From assembly GCA_002811645.1 (NCBI GenBank), contig PDIP01000051.1:175014-239013 (forward strand): 64,000 bases of DNA, in the 5' to 3' direction. The position numbers and the translations under genes were made by a program. The notes below the pieces were generated by a model that was given only the letters and a program-made list of their open reading frames with translations, ran no database searches and was not told where the DNA came from. Below, piece after piece: positions 31,143-42,396 of the stretch (position 1 is its first letter; each line of letters starts with the position of its first letter). The DNA comes from Corallochytrium limacisporum Hawaii (lineage: Eukaryota; Protista; Pluriformea).

Positions 31143-32549
31143 ATGGAGTGTACGATACCTGCAGGACGACTGAAAATCTTTGCGAAAGCCGTGCAAAGTT
31201 TGGCAACAGTCGGACAAGATCTAAGCGTAGAAGCAGCTGCTCGCGGCCTCTGCATCCGCACGGTTAATGGGGCACGGTCGGCTTTCGTGAATCTCAAGCT
31301 AAGCACAGCATTCTTTAGTTCATATCGGTTCAATGCGACAATACAGGGCAAACACACTTCGAAAATTTTTGCGTCGGTTATGGCCCGTTCATTCTGGCAC
31401 ATTTTCAGGAATGCCTCATCCAAGGAGGACAGGAACGCCGAGAAGTGCATCCTCAAATTAACGCCCCAGGCCGATCGTCTCACAGTGGAGATACACTACC
31501 GATTTGGTGTGAAAAAGGCGTACGATCTGCATCTGGATCTTGCGTCACCGCTTTGGGTAGAATTTGAGCGCGACGCCGAGCCGTGCACGATTACTTTCTT
31601 TCCGAAGCTGATGCTAGAGGTCATGGGCACTTTCATCCGCGGTGCGGATGATGTGCGATTTGTGACGCAGGAGGATGGGAAGGCTCTACAGATCAAGTCT
31701 TGGGTCGATGAGAAGAAAACAGGTGCCAGTGCAATGTTGCAGACGGAGCAGGAAGTTGACGCAGCTGATTTTCAGTCCTGCACACTCACGGAGCAAGTAG
31801 ATATTGCCTTCACATTCAAGGAAGTTAAGGCCCTGCTGAACTTTGCAGAACACTGTGGCAGCGAAGTGACACTCAACTTTGGCACTGCTGGTCAACCACT
31901 GGTTGGCTATGTCGACGGTCCATCGTACGCAATGGACATGGTGATTGCGACAGTTAAAGAAGAATTTGACGACCAATCGACCCAGGGAACCACCAGGACT
32001 GGTCGTGCTCCCGCAAACCCGCCACACGCAACTGCAGCCTCCGGGAGATCCACCGTAGAAACGAAGGGTAACACAGCGGCGGTAGAAGTACAAAATCTGC
32101 ATAACAACACTACCGTAATCGACACCTCGTACGTTGACAGTGCACCTCGATACCACAAGACTCATCCACCTCCGTCACGTGGTGACCACGCTGACACTAA
32201 TCATAACGATGAGAACGTCCCGTCTTCGCACACGGCACGATCGCAATATGCATCTCTGCACATGGAGTCCGCGCAGCTCAATGGCAGCCATGTTATTCCA
32301 CCGTCAACTGGCGAACCATCAGAAGCCTTGGATAACGCAAGTGCACGCAAGAGACTGATTAAGGACGAGGGAGACGAGGAGGAAACTGATGATACAGTCC
32401 TTCGCTATAAAAACAGTCGCTTCGAATCGGTCCCGGAGAGCCAACAGAGCCAGACCAGCCAAGCGCAGGTCGGTAGCATGGACGTGGATGTGCCCCGATC
32501 TTTTGCCGCTGTAGCAGAGACAGATGATGAAGACGAGGATGACGATTGA
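31143..32549 (+). CDS. RAD9: 9-1-1 checkpoint clamp subunit Rad9/Ddc1
   Basis: KIFAKAVQSLATVG...LCIRTVNGARSAF...FFSSY, GVKKAY, FTFKEVKALLNFAE, FGTAGQP; disordered tail ending AVAETDDED. Confidence 0.9.
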   Translation: MECTIPAGRLKIFAKAVQSLATVGQDLSVEAAARGLCIRTVNGARSAFVNLKLSTAFFSSYRFNATIQGKHTSKIFASVMARSFWHIFRNASSKEDRNAEKCILKLTPQADRLTVEIHYRFGVKKAYDLHLDLASPLWVEFERDAEPCTITFFPKLMLEVMGTFIRGADDVRFVTQEDGKALQIKSWVDEKKTGASAMLQTEQEVDAADFQSCTLTEQVDIAFTFKEVKALLNFAEHCGSEVTLNFGTAGQPLVGYVDGPSYAMDMVIATVKEEFDDQSTQGTTRTGRAPANPPHATAASGRSTVETKGNTAAVEVQNLHNNTTVIDTSYVDSAPRYHKTHPPPSRGDHADTNHNDENVPSSHTARSQYASLHMESAQLNGSHVIPPSTGEPSEALDNASARKRLIKDEGDEEETDDTVLRYKNSRFESVPESQQSQTSQAQVGSMDVDVPRSFAAVAETDDEDEDDD

Positions 32550-33356
32550 AGTGTAACGATGCTGAGCAGACATTATAGATGCTTTATAGTTCACTATTTA
32601 AGTATACTTTCGGTCCGTGGCGGAACTTCAGTAAAGAATCAGTGAGTGCCCCCCTCCCGGATCCGCCACGTCCCGCAGAGCGCTCTCCCTTAGTCGGAAC
32701 TGTATCCGGAGTATTCAGTAAAGACCAGTCCATGGGAATTTGTTTTTCAGAATTTGGGGGGAGGGGCCGTCCCGTGGGTGACGAATTGGGGGGGGNNNNN
32801 NNNNNNNCCCCCCCAACGCCTAATTTGCCCGTATCCGCCCGGCCCGGTCGGTTGTCAGCCTTTTCGAAGTTTTTGAAGTGTTAAGAGCGTGCCGCTCGCC
32901 GCCTGGGCCCCAGTGTGTTTATGAGACACACCTCATCGCTCTTGCTCACCGGTGGAAGAAAGATGAGGATAGTATTATTGCGTAAACACAAACCGGGGGC
33001 AAGAGAATTCCCTGCCCGACATTGTGACACGAGATCCGAAAGGGCCAAGAATGCTGGGAGTGGGGTTGAATACGCAGATATGGACCATTTGCATTTGGGT
33101 AACAAACTCTTTTGAGACGATTCGGTGAAAACAGAGGGAGATGCACAGTGTTACTCTATGCACTGGGGAAGTAGTATACGAGTGCAGCTATGTGAAGCGT
33201 GGCCTATAAAAACCAATTGAACGAGCAGTGGGATCTACTCACGAATTATACTTGTATACTTTTTCTTGTCCTTGGCAAGAGTCAAGAAGGAAAACCCCAT
33301 TCCGAAGGGAATCCAGCATAGTCACGACGCTGAAGATAAGGTCTAAAGAAGGAAGC

Positions 33357-34670
33357 ATGGCTTCAGGAAGGGATGATCAGTTGGCCAACCTGGCGGCACT
33401 TGAGCAGAAGCTCGATGCCATCCCCGCCGCCCCTGCGCCTCCTGTCGAGACCCGTGATCTTGACATCATTGTCTGGGGCGCTACAGGTTTTACTGGACGG
33501 CTGGTCTGTCGCTACCTCACCGAACGATCGAAGACCGAGCCTGGCCTCCGGTGGGCAATCGCCGGACGCAATTTGGACAAGCTCGAAGCCGTGCGCAAGG
33601 AGTGCATGGCTATTGATCGCACGGTCGGACGGGACATCAAGGTGCTGAACGCGCACCTGGACAATGACAAACTACTTAGAGGTATGGTCACCCGCACACG
33701 CGTTGTGCTTTCCACTGCGGGACCATTCACGCAATTGGGTGAGCCCATGGTCCGCGCGTGCGCTGGGTCCGGGACAATGTATACGGACACAGCGGGCGAG
33801 CTCAGTTGGATCGGCAAAATGATTGACCGCTACGAGGCCCAGGCGATCTCAACCGGCTCAACCCTGGTACCTATTGCGGGCTACGCTTCGGTGCCCTCAG
33901 ATCTGGGCGCCTTAGCGGCCATTAACTACGTCCGGCGCGTAACCGGTGAGATGGCCATCAAGCGCGTCGACTGCTTCCAGAGCCAGAAGGGCTTGTTCAC
34001 TGCTGGTCTCTTTGCCTCACTCATTGATGCGGTCGGGGACGGAAGCGTCTTTGAAGGAGCAAGCCCATACTTCCTTTGCCCTAAACAGTGGAAGCAGAAA
34101 CGGCCAAAGGGATCGTTGAAAGATGCGGATTCGATGGCTGTATGGTATGCGTCATCAGTTAAGACTTGGGCGTCAATGTCCATTATGCACACCGTCAACA
34201 GCCGTGTGGTTCACCGTTCCGATGCACTGCTCAACTACGGTGATGACTTCCGCTATGGCGAATGGCAGCAGTTCAGCAATCCCATATCGGCCTTAACGAA
34301 TATTCTCATGCAATTCTTCGGGGTGGCATTGCTGCTGGTGCCGCCGGTACGTTGGCTGGCAGGGAAGCTTGTACCCGCTCAACACGGTCCGAGTGAAGAG
34401 GTCCGGGCGAAGAACTGGTTCAAGACCAGTGTGGTAGCAGAGACAGTGTCGGGCAAGAAGGGTATCGTCACTATCACAGGGGGCGATCCGGGCTACGGGG
34501 ATACGGCCAAGATGATTGCGGAGATGGCCATTGCCTTGGCATACGCTGGAAAGGATGGGTATCTCGAGCGGAAACCGGGCTTCCAGACACCAGCATCCCA
34601 GGGTGGCATGCCCTTGCTCAAGAAACTGGCCCGGAATGGCTTCAAAATCGAGATGAAGATGGTAGAGTAG
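33357..34670 (+). CDS. SCCPDH: Saccharopine dehydrogenase-like oxidoreductase
   Basis: GATGFTG, WAIAGRN, STAGPF...GEP, YTDTAGE, SVPSDLG, GDPGYGDTAKM, PGFQTPA; first ATG at 33357. Confidence 0.9.
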   Translation: MASGRDDQLANLAALEQKLDAIPAAPAPPVETRDLDIIVWGATGFTGRLVCRYLTERSKTEPGLRWAIAGRNLDKLEAVRKECMAIDRTVGRDIKVLNAHLDNDKLLRGMVTRTRVVLSTAGPFTQLGEPMVRACAGSGTMYTDTAGELSWIGKMIDRYEAQAISTGSTLVPIAGYASVPSDLGALAAINYVRRVTGEMAIKRVDCFQSQKGLFTAGLFASLIDAVGDGSVFEGASPYFLCPKQWKQKRPKGSLKDADSMAVWYASSVKTWASMSIMHTVNSRVVHRSDALLNYGDDFRYGEWQQFSNPISALTNILMQFFGVALLLVPPVRWLAGKLVPAQHGPSEEVRAKNWFKTSVVAETVSGKKGIVTITGGDPGYGDTAKMIAEMAIALAYAGKDGYLERKPGFQTPASQGGMPLLKKLARNGFKIEMKMVE

Positions 34671-35413
34671 GCATAACCCAGCTTACGACCCCCGGATGCT
34701 CGCCACATCCTTTCTGACGGAATCGTCAAACGTCAGCATTAGACAAGTAATAGCAAACTCAAATCATAATGTAATTAAGCACCCCGTTGGAGCATTGGTT
34801 TTAGCAGTACTTGTGGATTCATCAGAATAGAATACCCAATAGTGCGATACCGTTCATTGGTAAGGCCCTTGAGCAATTGTGTTTGAATGGTGAGGGCACC
34901 CCGTCTGCATTGTGCCCGGGTGCTGCACATCCATTCCTTGATCGGGCAAGTTCCAGTCTGGGCCACCTCTGGCTACATCTTTCCGACCACCCAGTCAAGG
35001 GCCTCCGTCACAGCACAGTCAAATCCCAACGAAGCCGTGCAAAGGGTACAAACTTTTTCGTCTCTCACAGTCGGAGAGAGGGAGGGCACAGAACCTGAAA
35101 AGAAAAAAGGACTCCGAAGACTCAGTCGGTTCAGTAGGGCGGCGAGCTTGATTGATTGCGCGGAGCAGGAACCCCTCCCCCTGCTCCTCGACGGAGCCGA
35201 GTTTGAGGGCGGCAGACTTCCATCACACCCTCCCACGAAACTAATGAACCCCAATGATGAAGAGTGTTTGATTCATATGTGGGAATATGATTCATCCAGT
35301 CAGTTGGGCATGTACCATCTACAATGCGGGTTAGAAAGGATAAGAACAAAGCACCTTGTCTGAGATATACTAATGATGATGAAAGTGTCTTCTAATGTCG
35401 AAAGAAAGTTAAA

Positions 35414-36394
35414 CTAGAACATTGCCAGTAGTGTGAACACACCATAGACTAATGCGCACGGGTAGGCAACCAATCCCATCTGATGACTCATGTTGAGCGT
35501 CGCGACAAAAATGCGACTAGCGGTAATTGTGCAAAATAGAATAGTTATGAAGGCCAGTACCAGACCAATACTGTGCCGCAGATCTACCACAACGTTCAAC
35601 GTCGACAAGAAGACCAAAGGCAGCAGGCAATATCCGAGAGTAGAAACGGTCGCGCCAAAGCTCAGGTTTCCATTGGTGACCATCATGTTCAGAAGTCCCC
35701 ACATGCCGACGCAGCTGATCAAACCAAAGCCATAAATGTGTCCAAAACTAATTTTGCCACTGAGCATTAGAGAGGCGCCGAAGGCAAGGCAGAAGACCAA
35801 GGGACCGGCAAGGTCAGTGTCATCCATGATATTCTGTTGGACAGGCTTCATTGGGTTCAAAGCCAGCTTTGTCTTATCTAGGATGTGCTCAAAGTTAATG
35901 CCCAGCTCTTCCAACAGCGGAGGTTCGTCATCTTCGTCGAAACTATGATGACCTGGCCCGGCCATGTTACTGTCAGCCATCTGTCCCATTGTGCCCATGC
36001 CTCCCTGGGCACCGAAGCCGTCGCCTCCCTGCGGTGGTGCACCAAAGTTCTGCTGCCCATAGGAGTTGCCACCGAAGCCACCGGCACCACCGGCTGGACC
36101 GGCAGGCCCACCCTGCTGTTGTTGTCCGTAGCCGCCCTGGTAAAAGTCAAAGTTGCCCCCTTGAGGGCTCTGCATTCCCATCGGTGACTGCATTCCCTGT
36201 GATCCTCCTCCGAAACCTCCTTGTTGTCCCTGTGATCCTCCACCAAAACCTCCTTGTTGTCCCTGTGCTGGTCCTCCAAATCCGGACTGAGGGCTCTGGA
36301 ACTGTCCTGGGTTGGGTGATCCGTGTCCGTAGCTGCCCTGGCTGCTACCGCCGAAATTAGGCGGCGGATTCTGTGCGTATCCGTAGTTGTCCAT
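35414..36394 (-). CDS. YIPF5: Yip1-domain protein (YIPF5/Yip1p)
   Basis: EPPLLEELGINFEHI, DTDLAGPLVFCL, STLGYCLLP, LVAYPCALVYGVF; G/Q-rich N-terminus; first ATG at 36394. Confidence 0.95.
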   Translation of the reverse strand: MDNYGYAQNPPPNFGGSSQGSYGHGSPNPGQFQSPQSGFGGPAQGQQGGFGGGSQGQQGGFGGGSQGMQSPMGMQSPQGGNFDFYQGGYGQQQQGGPAGPAGGAGGFGGNSYGQQNFGAPPQGGDGFGAQGGMGTMGQMADSNMAGPGHHSFDEDDEPPLLEELGINFEHILDKTKLALNPMKPVQQNIMDDTDLAGPLVFCLAFGASLMLSGKISFGHIYGFGLISCVGMWGLLNMMVTNGNLSFGATVSTLGYCLLPLVFLSTLNVVVDLRHSIGLVLAFITILFCTITASRIFVATLNMSHQMGLVAYPCALVYGVFTLLAMF

Positions 36395-37641
36395 ATTATC
36401 TATGAGTGTTGATAGCACTCACTGAAATGCCAAGCGTGTGTCCGAGTAACGTGTTTATATATTTCAATTCAAGTATCGTTGTTTTCGATGATACCACTGA
36501 CCGGTAAATTATACTGAGCACACGAAATGACCTCAAGAATCCAATACGATATGTTTATATATCCATGAAACTTGTCGCCTCAGAGGGATTAGAAATACCA
36601 CTGATGGGCAGACACATTGGGACATCACAACCACTCAACAGAGCCCTATGGTCAGGGCAGAGTCTAGTGTGAAAACTCTCAAACAGCAAAAGTATGGCAA
36701 CACCATCCAAATGCCCCTTTGTCAAGCCAGCGGGGCTGTGCCACGTTATCCGTCACAGTAGCAGAACCCGCCAAAAAAATTTGGTGGAAAAATGGAAAAC
36801 TAAAACAAAGTGTCCCGCGCACGAAGCTCGGCCTCGGTACTCTCACAATAGACCAGAGGGGGCAGGTGGGACACCGGGGGCCTAGATTTCGTCAAGAATG
36901 GGACACGGCTCTATCTGAGCAAAAGAGTCGGGCGGCCCCGCTGGGGACGTAAAGCCCCCATTTCCTCTCCTCGGCTCTCTTCCCCCCCNNNNNNNNNNNN
37001 NNNNNNNNNNNNNNNNNNNNNNNNNNNNNNNNNNNNNNNNNNNNNNNNNNNNNNNNNNNNNNNNNNNNNNNNNNNNNNNNNNNNNNNNNNNNNNNNNNNN
37101 NNNNNNNNNNNNNNNNNNNNNNNNNNNNNNNNNNNNNNNNNNNNNNNNNNNNNNNNNNNNNNNNNNNNNNNNNNNNNNNNNNNNNNNNNNNNNNNNNNNN
37201 NNNNNNNNNNNNNNNNNNNNNNNCCCCCCCCCCTCCCCCGCGGGGGAGGCAGATTAGAGAGTGGGGCAAGTTGGCGGCGCAGAGGGCCCCTCTTAATCAA
37301 GATTTCTATATTTCAAATATGTCCGCGTATTTCGGCAAGGATGGAAAAAGAGGGGGGGGGGGACGCTCTCCGGATTATCACCACCGGCCAGGGAACGAAT
37401 CGGCGTCCGCGTCCGAACAGGCCGCCCTAAGGCTTTTGCCAGTGCCGGTACCACACCTCCCTACCAGCCGGCGCTGGGGCGGGGGTAGCTCGCTGCTTGG
37501 TATTGACGGTATGGAGACACTGTGTGTGCCCAGTGCTCTGCCCATTTTTCTTTTGTGGTTTTTTTTATAGTGTATTAAGCGCTTGTTCAGAGAATTCTAC
37601 GGACCATATTTTCGTATAGAATGCTGCTTCTCGCCGTACAG

Positions 37642-37732
37642 GTAAGCTATTCGTAAGGTAACGGGCAAGAAATAAGTTAATCATGGTGGAATGTTACATT
37701 GAAATCAATCCGGTTTGTTTTCTTGGGTGCAG
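37642..37732 (+). other. Candidate 91-nt 5'-UTR intron of orphan gene
   Basis: CAG|GTAAGC ... tttgttttcttgggtgCAG|. Confidence 0.5.
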
Positions 37733-37826
37733 TGCGAGAATTAGCTGTGGTAACTATGTGAACGGAGGCATGAAATACAGGAGTAATCCGTGGGGGTAAT
37801 ATAGAAAATACACAGAACACAGAACA

Positions 37827-38555
37827 ATGCGCAAATCAAGCATAAGACACTTCTTTCACCAGAGAAAGAAGGAAGCAGAGGTGGGACGAAGTCTCCAAGG
37901 TGCTCATGTGCTTTCAGTGTCCAAGACAGATCTGTCGAGGAACCAATCCGAGGACTCGGTCGGGTCAGCGAAGGTAAGCAAGTTTTTCGGGGAAGCTGAA
38001 GCAACCAATGCCCAGTCTTCCAAAATTGGCAATGCAGGGATGTCAGCGACTGGAGACAACCAGACCAGAGGGCATCGTTCGTCCCGGTCTTGGTGGGAAG
38101 CAGAACGCAGACGCACGCAGAAACAGTGGGAGATGGCAGAGCAGGAGATCGTCAACCGGCAACGCACATTGTTCACCCTTGCGAGCAAGCCAGACTATAC
38201 CGAAGGATGCAAGTTAATGGGAGAAGATGAGAAGGATACGATTCTCGCTTTGGGCGTGGTAGGCCTGTCATTGCAGTCCTTGAGCGGTGCGTCGGGTATC
38301 AAGGTGCATGAGTGGCTGATCTCACTCGAAGAGGCAATCATTGCACTCAAGGAAGGAAATTTGGAGGACCACAGAGATGCCCTGGTAGCCTTTGTGGCGC
38401 AGACCAGAATTCGTATGGAGATTCTTTGGACTGCACTGCGGCGCACTCTGAATAAAGAACTCGAGGATCTCTTTATCAGCGCCCTCCGAGAAATCAAGTT
38501 GCAGGTCGCCCACCTGATCACCGGTGAAGAGGGTATGGACGTGGTCGAAGTGTAA
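37827..38555 (+). CDS. Hypothetical 242-aa protein with helical C-terminal domain
   Basis: Longest ORF in the interval; protein-like composition; AATAAA about 35 nt after the stop; no family recognised. Confidence 0.7.
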   Translation: MRKSSIRHFFHQRKKEAEVGRSLQGAHVLSVSKTDLSRNQSEDSVGSAKVSKFFGEAEATNAQSSKIGNAGMSATGDNQTRGHRSSRSWWEAERRRTQKQWEMAEQEIVNRQRTLFTLASKPDYTEGCKLMGEDEKDTILALGVVGLSLQSLSGASGIKVHEWLISLEEAIIALKEGNLEDHRDALVAFVAQTRIRMEILWTALRRTLNKELEDLFISALREIKLQVAHLITGEEGMDVVEV

Positions 38556-38798
38556 TTACCACGGCCACACTCGCTTGTATCATACGTTGAATAAACAAGA
38601 CATTCAAGTCTTAGACCAGGGTCAGATGAATACGATTTGAAATGTGATGTAGTTTACTGGTTTGTTTTTAAAAGGACATGTATATGATACCTCTCCGATA
38701 GTCTACATGCTAGGATTGAAACGATAGCATCGGGGGCCGGAACCAGATATAGTGAGTACATGGCCGGACTGCCCTATGCATCAGCGATCATTTTCCAC

Positions 38799-40394
38799 CT
38801 AGTGGCCAGGCTGACGCTGACGAGGAGCGGCCCGCAGAATGTCATCGACACGCAGGACCATCTCAGCTGCCTCTGTGGCGGACATTACGACCTGTCGCTT
38901 AACAATGTACGCCTCGGTGATGCCAAGTTCGCCCATGTTACCAATGCAACCCTCGTCCATATTCAGCCCCATATGAATAACACCTTGTGCGTGAACAGCA
39001 CGCAGCTGGGACACAAGCTCTGAGCTGTCGTAGCCACCGTTGTCGGCGATAATGGTGGGTAGCTGACGGAGAGCCCGAGCGTATGCCTCCATCGCTAGAG
39101 ACTCCTTGCCGGGAGTCACAGCTGCAGCCTTTGTCACGGCATGGGCCATCAGCATCTCGCTGGAACCGCCTCCGTACAGAATGCGAGTGTTATTGACTGT
39201 CTGGCTGAGCACACAGAGGGCATCGTGAAGCGACCGCTCGGCTTCGTCGAGTACCTGCTGGGTGGCACCACGCAGCACAATGGTGCAGGCTTCCTTCTTG
39301 TCACATCCCTTGAAGTGGATTAGCGTGTTCTCACCAATCATGATCTCCTCGATCAGTTCACAGCCTCCCAGCTGCACTCCCTCGGTTTCGTCGAACGTAG
39401 AGACGATCTCACCACCGGTAACCAGGGCAAGACGCTCGATGCCATCAAAGTCGGCATGCTCAATAGCCATAACATTTGCAGAAGCAAACAGCTGCTCAGG
39501 ATAGTTGTAAATCAGCTGACGATTTACGAAACAATTAATGCCAAAGTTGAGAATCTTGTCAACCTTCTGCTTCATCTTCTCCTTCTCGGCTTCCTCAATC
39601 TCGGCTACCTGGGCGGTACCCTCCACGCGCACGCGGGAACCAAAGATCTTTATCTTGTCCGTGTCCATGGGGGTGTTGGCAATCAAAATCTTGGCGTTCT
39701 CGATACGGTGAGGCTGATTGACACCAATCTTCTTGTTTAGAATGAAACCGTCGTCCAGATAGCTCTCGGCCAGTGACCCTCCCTTGATCTTAATGATCTG
39801 AATGGCGTCTAGGTTCGTGGAGCCCTTCAATCGCAGGACGGCATCCACTGCAATCTGAGAGAAGTGTTGCTTGAACCCGGAAAGAATTTTGGAGCTCAGA
39901 GTGGTACCGGCAATTTGCATGAGGTCCTGACGGAACTTATCGGCGTCGGCACCATTGTCGCGGGACGCGGCTTCTAGGGCGTCCAGAGCGACTTTGCTGG
40001 CCTTGCGCCATCCAGCAATAATAGTCTGAGGATGGATCTTCTGAGAGACGAGCTTCTCAGCTTCCCGGAGCAGCTCAGCAGACAGAACGGTCACACTGGT
40101 AGTACCGTCACCTACCTCGTCGTCTTGGACCTTGGAGATGTCAACGAGGACTTTAGCGGCCGGGTTGTCGAGGCCGATACTCTTGAGAATAGTGGCTCCG
40201 TCGTTGGTCACTGTAACTTCACCCTTGCCACTCATGGACTGCAGGATCTTATCCATACCTTTGGGACCCAGGGTCGACTTGACCAGGTCACCGACGGCGA
40301 TAGCACCGACAAAGGAACTGAGACGCGCATTCTCTGCCTTCTCTTCGTTAGCTTGGTCCGCCAGGACCTGGACGGGCTGCAGAACGTTGGCCAT
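38799..40394 (-). CDS. CCT2: T-complex protein 1 subunit beta
   Basis: [69 protein letters not shown]. Confidence 0.98.
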   Translation of the reverse strand: MANVLQPVQVLADQANEEKAENARLSSFVGAIAVGDLVKSTLGPKGMDKILQSMSGKGEVTVTNDGATILKSIGLDNPAAKVLVDISKVQDDEVGDGTTSVTVLSAELLREAEKLVSQKIHPQTIIAGWRKASKVALDALEAASRDNGADADKFRQDLMQIAGTTLSSKILSGFKQHFSQIAVDAVLRLKGSTNLDAIQIIKIKGGSLAESYLDDGFILNKKIGVNQPHRIENAKILIANTPMDTDKIKIFGSRVRVEGTAQVAEIEEAEKEKMKQKVDKILNFGINCFVNRQLIYNYPEQLFASANVMAIEHADFDGIERLALVTGGEIVSTFDETEGVQLGGCELIEEIMIGENTLIHFKGCDKKEACTIVLRGATQQVLDEAERSLHDALCVLSQTVNNTRILYGGGSSEMLMAHAVTKAAAVTPGKESLAMEAYARALRQLPTIIADNGGYDSSELVSQLRAVHAQGVIHMGLNMDEGCIGNMGELGITEAYIVKRQVVMSATEAAEMVLRVDDILRAAPRQRQPGH

Positions 40395-40400
40395 TATGTG

Positions 40401-40707
40401 CTGAACAAAAAGTTACGCAGCGTTTACTTCTTTACCGCTGATCTCCCCGATTCGTATCAAATACACCGATACCGGATCACGCCAAGAATTAAACACCAAG
40501 TGTCCGACTTCAAAGTGTGCTTGCAGGCCACATTGATCTACCTTTGTTTCAAACACACACGCGAAAAGCTTCAATAGGAAAGCGAATAAACACTCTCGGA
40601 CGGCAGCACAGCGAAACTACTCGAAGGAAACAAAGCCACTACACGCACCAAACTTCCGCGCCGCTTCACCGAGCCTACATTCTTTACGCTCCGATGCGTT
40701 TGCTTAC
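40401..40707 (-). other. Candidate 5'-UTR intron of CCT2
   Basis: Minus strand cgtaactttttgttCAG ends 6 nt before the ATG; donor either GTAAGC (40707) or AAG|GTAGAT (40541). Confidence 0.45.
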
Positions 40708-42396
40708 GCCCTGCCCAGTGGCTGCTGCCGTGTGTTGTGCGTTGTTCTTAGTCGCGCCCCTTCCTTCTGGGCGGCTTCCCCCGTGTCTCCACCTGGAACT
40801 CTGCTGTGGCCTGGCTTTTTTGGCCTTGCTGGCCTCCCCCCGACCAGTGTTTTGGCTCCGTGTGCGTCCAGACGCAGAAAGCGCAGCTCTTCCTTGCGCT
40901 CTCTCGGTCTCTCTCTCTTTCTTTTTTTTTTGCGCGCTCTTTGCTCTCCCTTGAGACTCGGTGGCTTTGCCATTGCCCCGGGGGGGGGGGGGCGTTCGCT
41001 CCCCAATCGCACCGCAGGTGGTCTCCCCTTTGCAAAACTGGGCACAAACGAAGGGAGGGGGGGCGGGCCAAAAAAAAAAACAGCGTTTCGGGCAACACCC
41101 CCAGCTCATCCGCCACGCTCAGTGGCTATTGACGGAGGCCGCCTCCCCCAGTCCCGGCCATCCCAAAGTTTTGGTTTTCCTTCTTGCGTAGCGACGGCCC
41201 CGCCGGTTGCTCTCAGAGAGCGGTGTGCCTGTGATATTTTTATTCTTTTTGTTGGGTTCTCAGTGGGGTGGCGGTGCGTCACATGGAGAGCAACCGACAA
41301 TCCCACCACCCACCCAGTCCCCAGCCCCTCCGCTCCCCCGGGAAGGGGGGAGGTCCTTAGAGCGCGGTCGGCAAATTGAAAAATTTCTCTTGGTTTGTTC
41401 GGGAAGGAGCGCCGTGGGCGCAGGAGAGTACTGCTTGCTTTTCCCCCCACCCCCCACCCCCCTTTTTTTCCCTGGGAGAGGGGGGCCCCTTTTTGCTCCA
41501 AACCCATTCGCCGGCGCCGCCTCGCCGATGGGGGCTTAAATCCTCTGTGTCACCCTCCCGTCCTTCCTGCCCCTGATTCAAATCACTGAACGAACTTTTC
41601 TATTTTTAATGTATTACGTTTTGGCGATGGAATGTTGTATTTGTAATCAATCTACTTTATATGCTTTCTGTAGAAATGATCGGCATGAATCAACCCCAAC
41701 GATGAGAAACCTAGTCTTAAGTCTTAAGCTCCCCTGGTTGGCAAATAGGTTTCTCCGGCGCTGTGCGATTTCGGACTGCCAGCGGGCAAAAGCCCCATTG
41801 AACGACTATACAAATGCGCCAGCTCAGTGGCTCGCCCGCTGCTTGTGGCTTGCGCTCGGGCTCGTTCGGTGAATTTGTAAGTGTCTGGATGCTCCCTTCC
41901 GGAGCGATGCCCTGGATTTCAGTACTGAAACAACTGGTTTCTGCGAGCGCCAAACAAATTTCTAGTGTTATGGCTCGGGCTAAGACTTCCCCTTCGCGGT
42001 CGCCAGCTCCACGGTGTGAAGTCGGATCGTAATGCTTACAATGTTCATTGGACACCTCCTGTATTTGGAGTTTCCGTCAGGCATGAACATACACATAAAC
42101 TGTCAGATCAGGGGGTTGTCATGGAGGAGCTATAAAGTAAGTGATGTCCGAATAATTGACAGTAGACGGATCATTGTCGCATACCGCCGTATTTTGTTAG
42201 AATAGGCTCATTGACATCGACCTGAACAAATCAGTAAGGAGAAATGGTTTAACATAGATATCGAATTGAGTGCATTGACGGTGACAGGAACCATATCTAC
42301 AGGACGGAGTACGTAGGCTACGTCTGGGAATGTGGGGTGAACCACGGGATCGTGTCCTTGTTTTGTTTCTTGCTATATAAGTCTAGCATATTGATC

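Noticed and set aside
33228-33356. GTG/TTG N-terminal extensions from the ORF track (also at 6153, 11005, 36418, 42337, 44206, 45643)
   Set aside because: Eukaryotic genes; the first in-frame ATG gives sensible N-termini and the extensions look like UTR or intron sequence.
41817-41910. AGCTCAGTGG tRNA A-box-like sequence
   Set aside because: No T-loop GTTCRA at a suitable distance and no cloverleaf.
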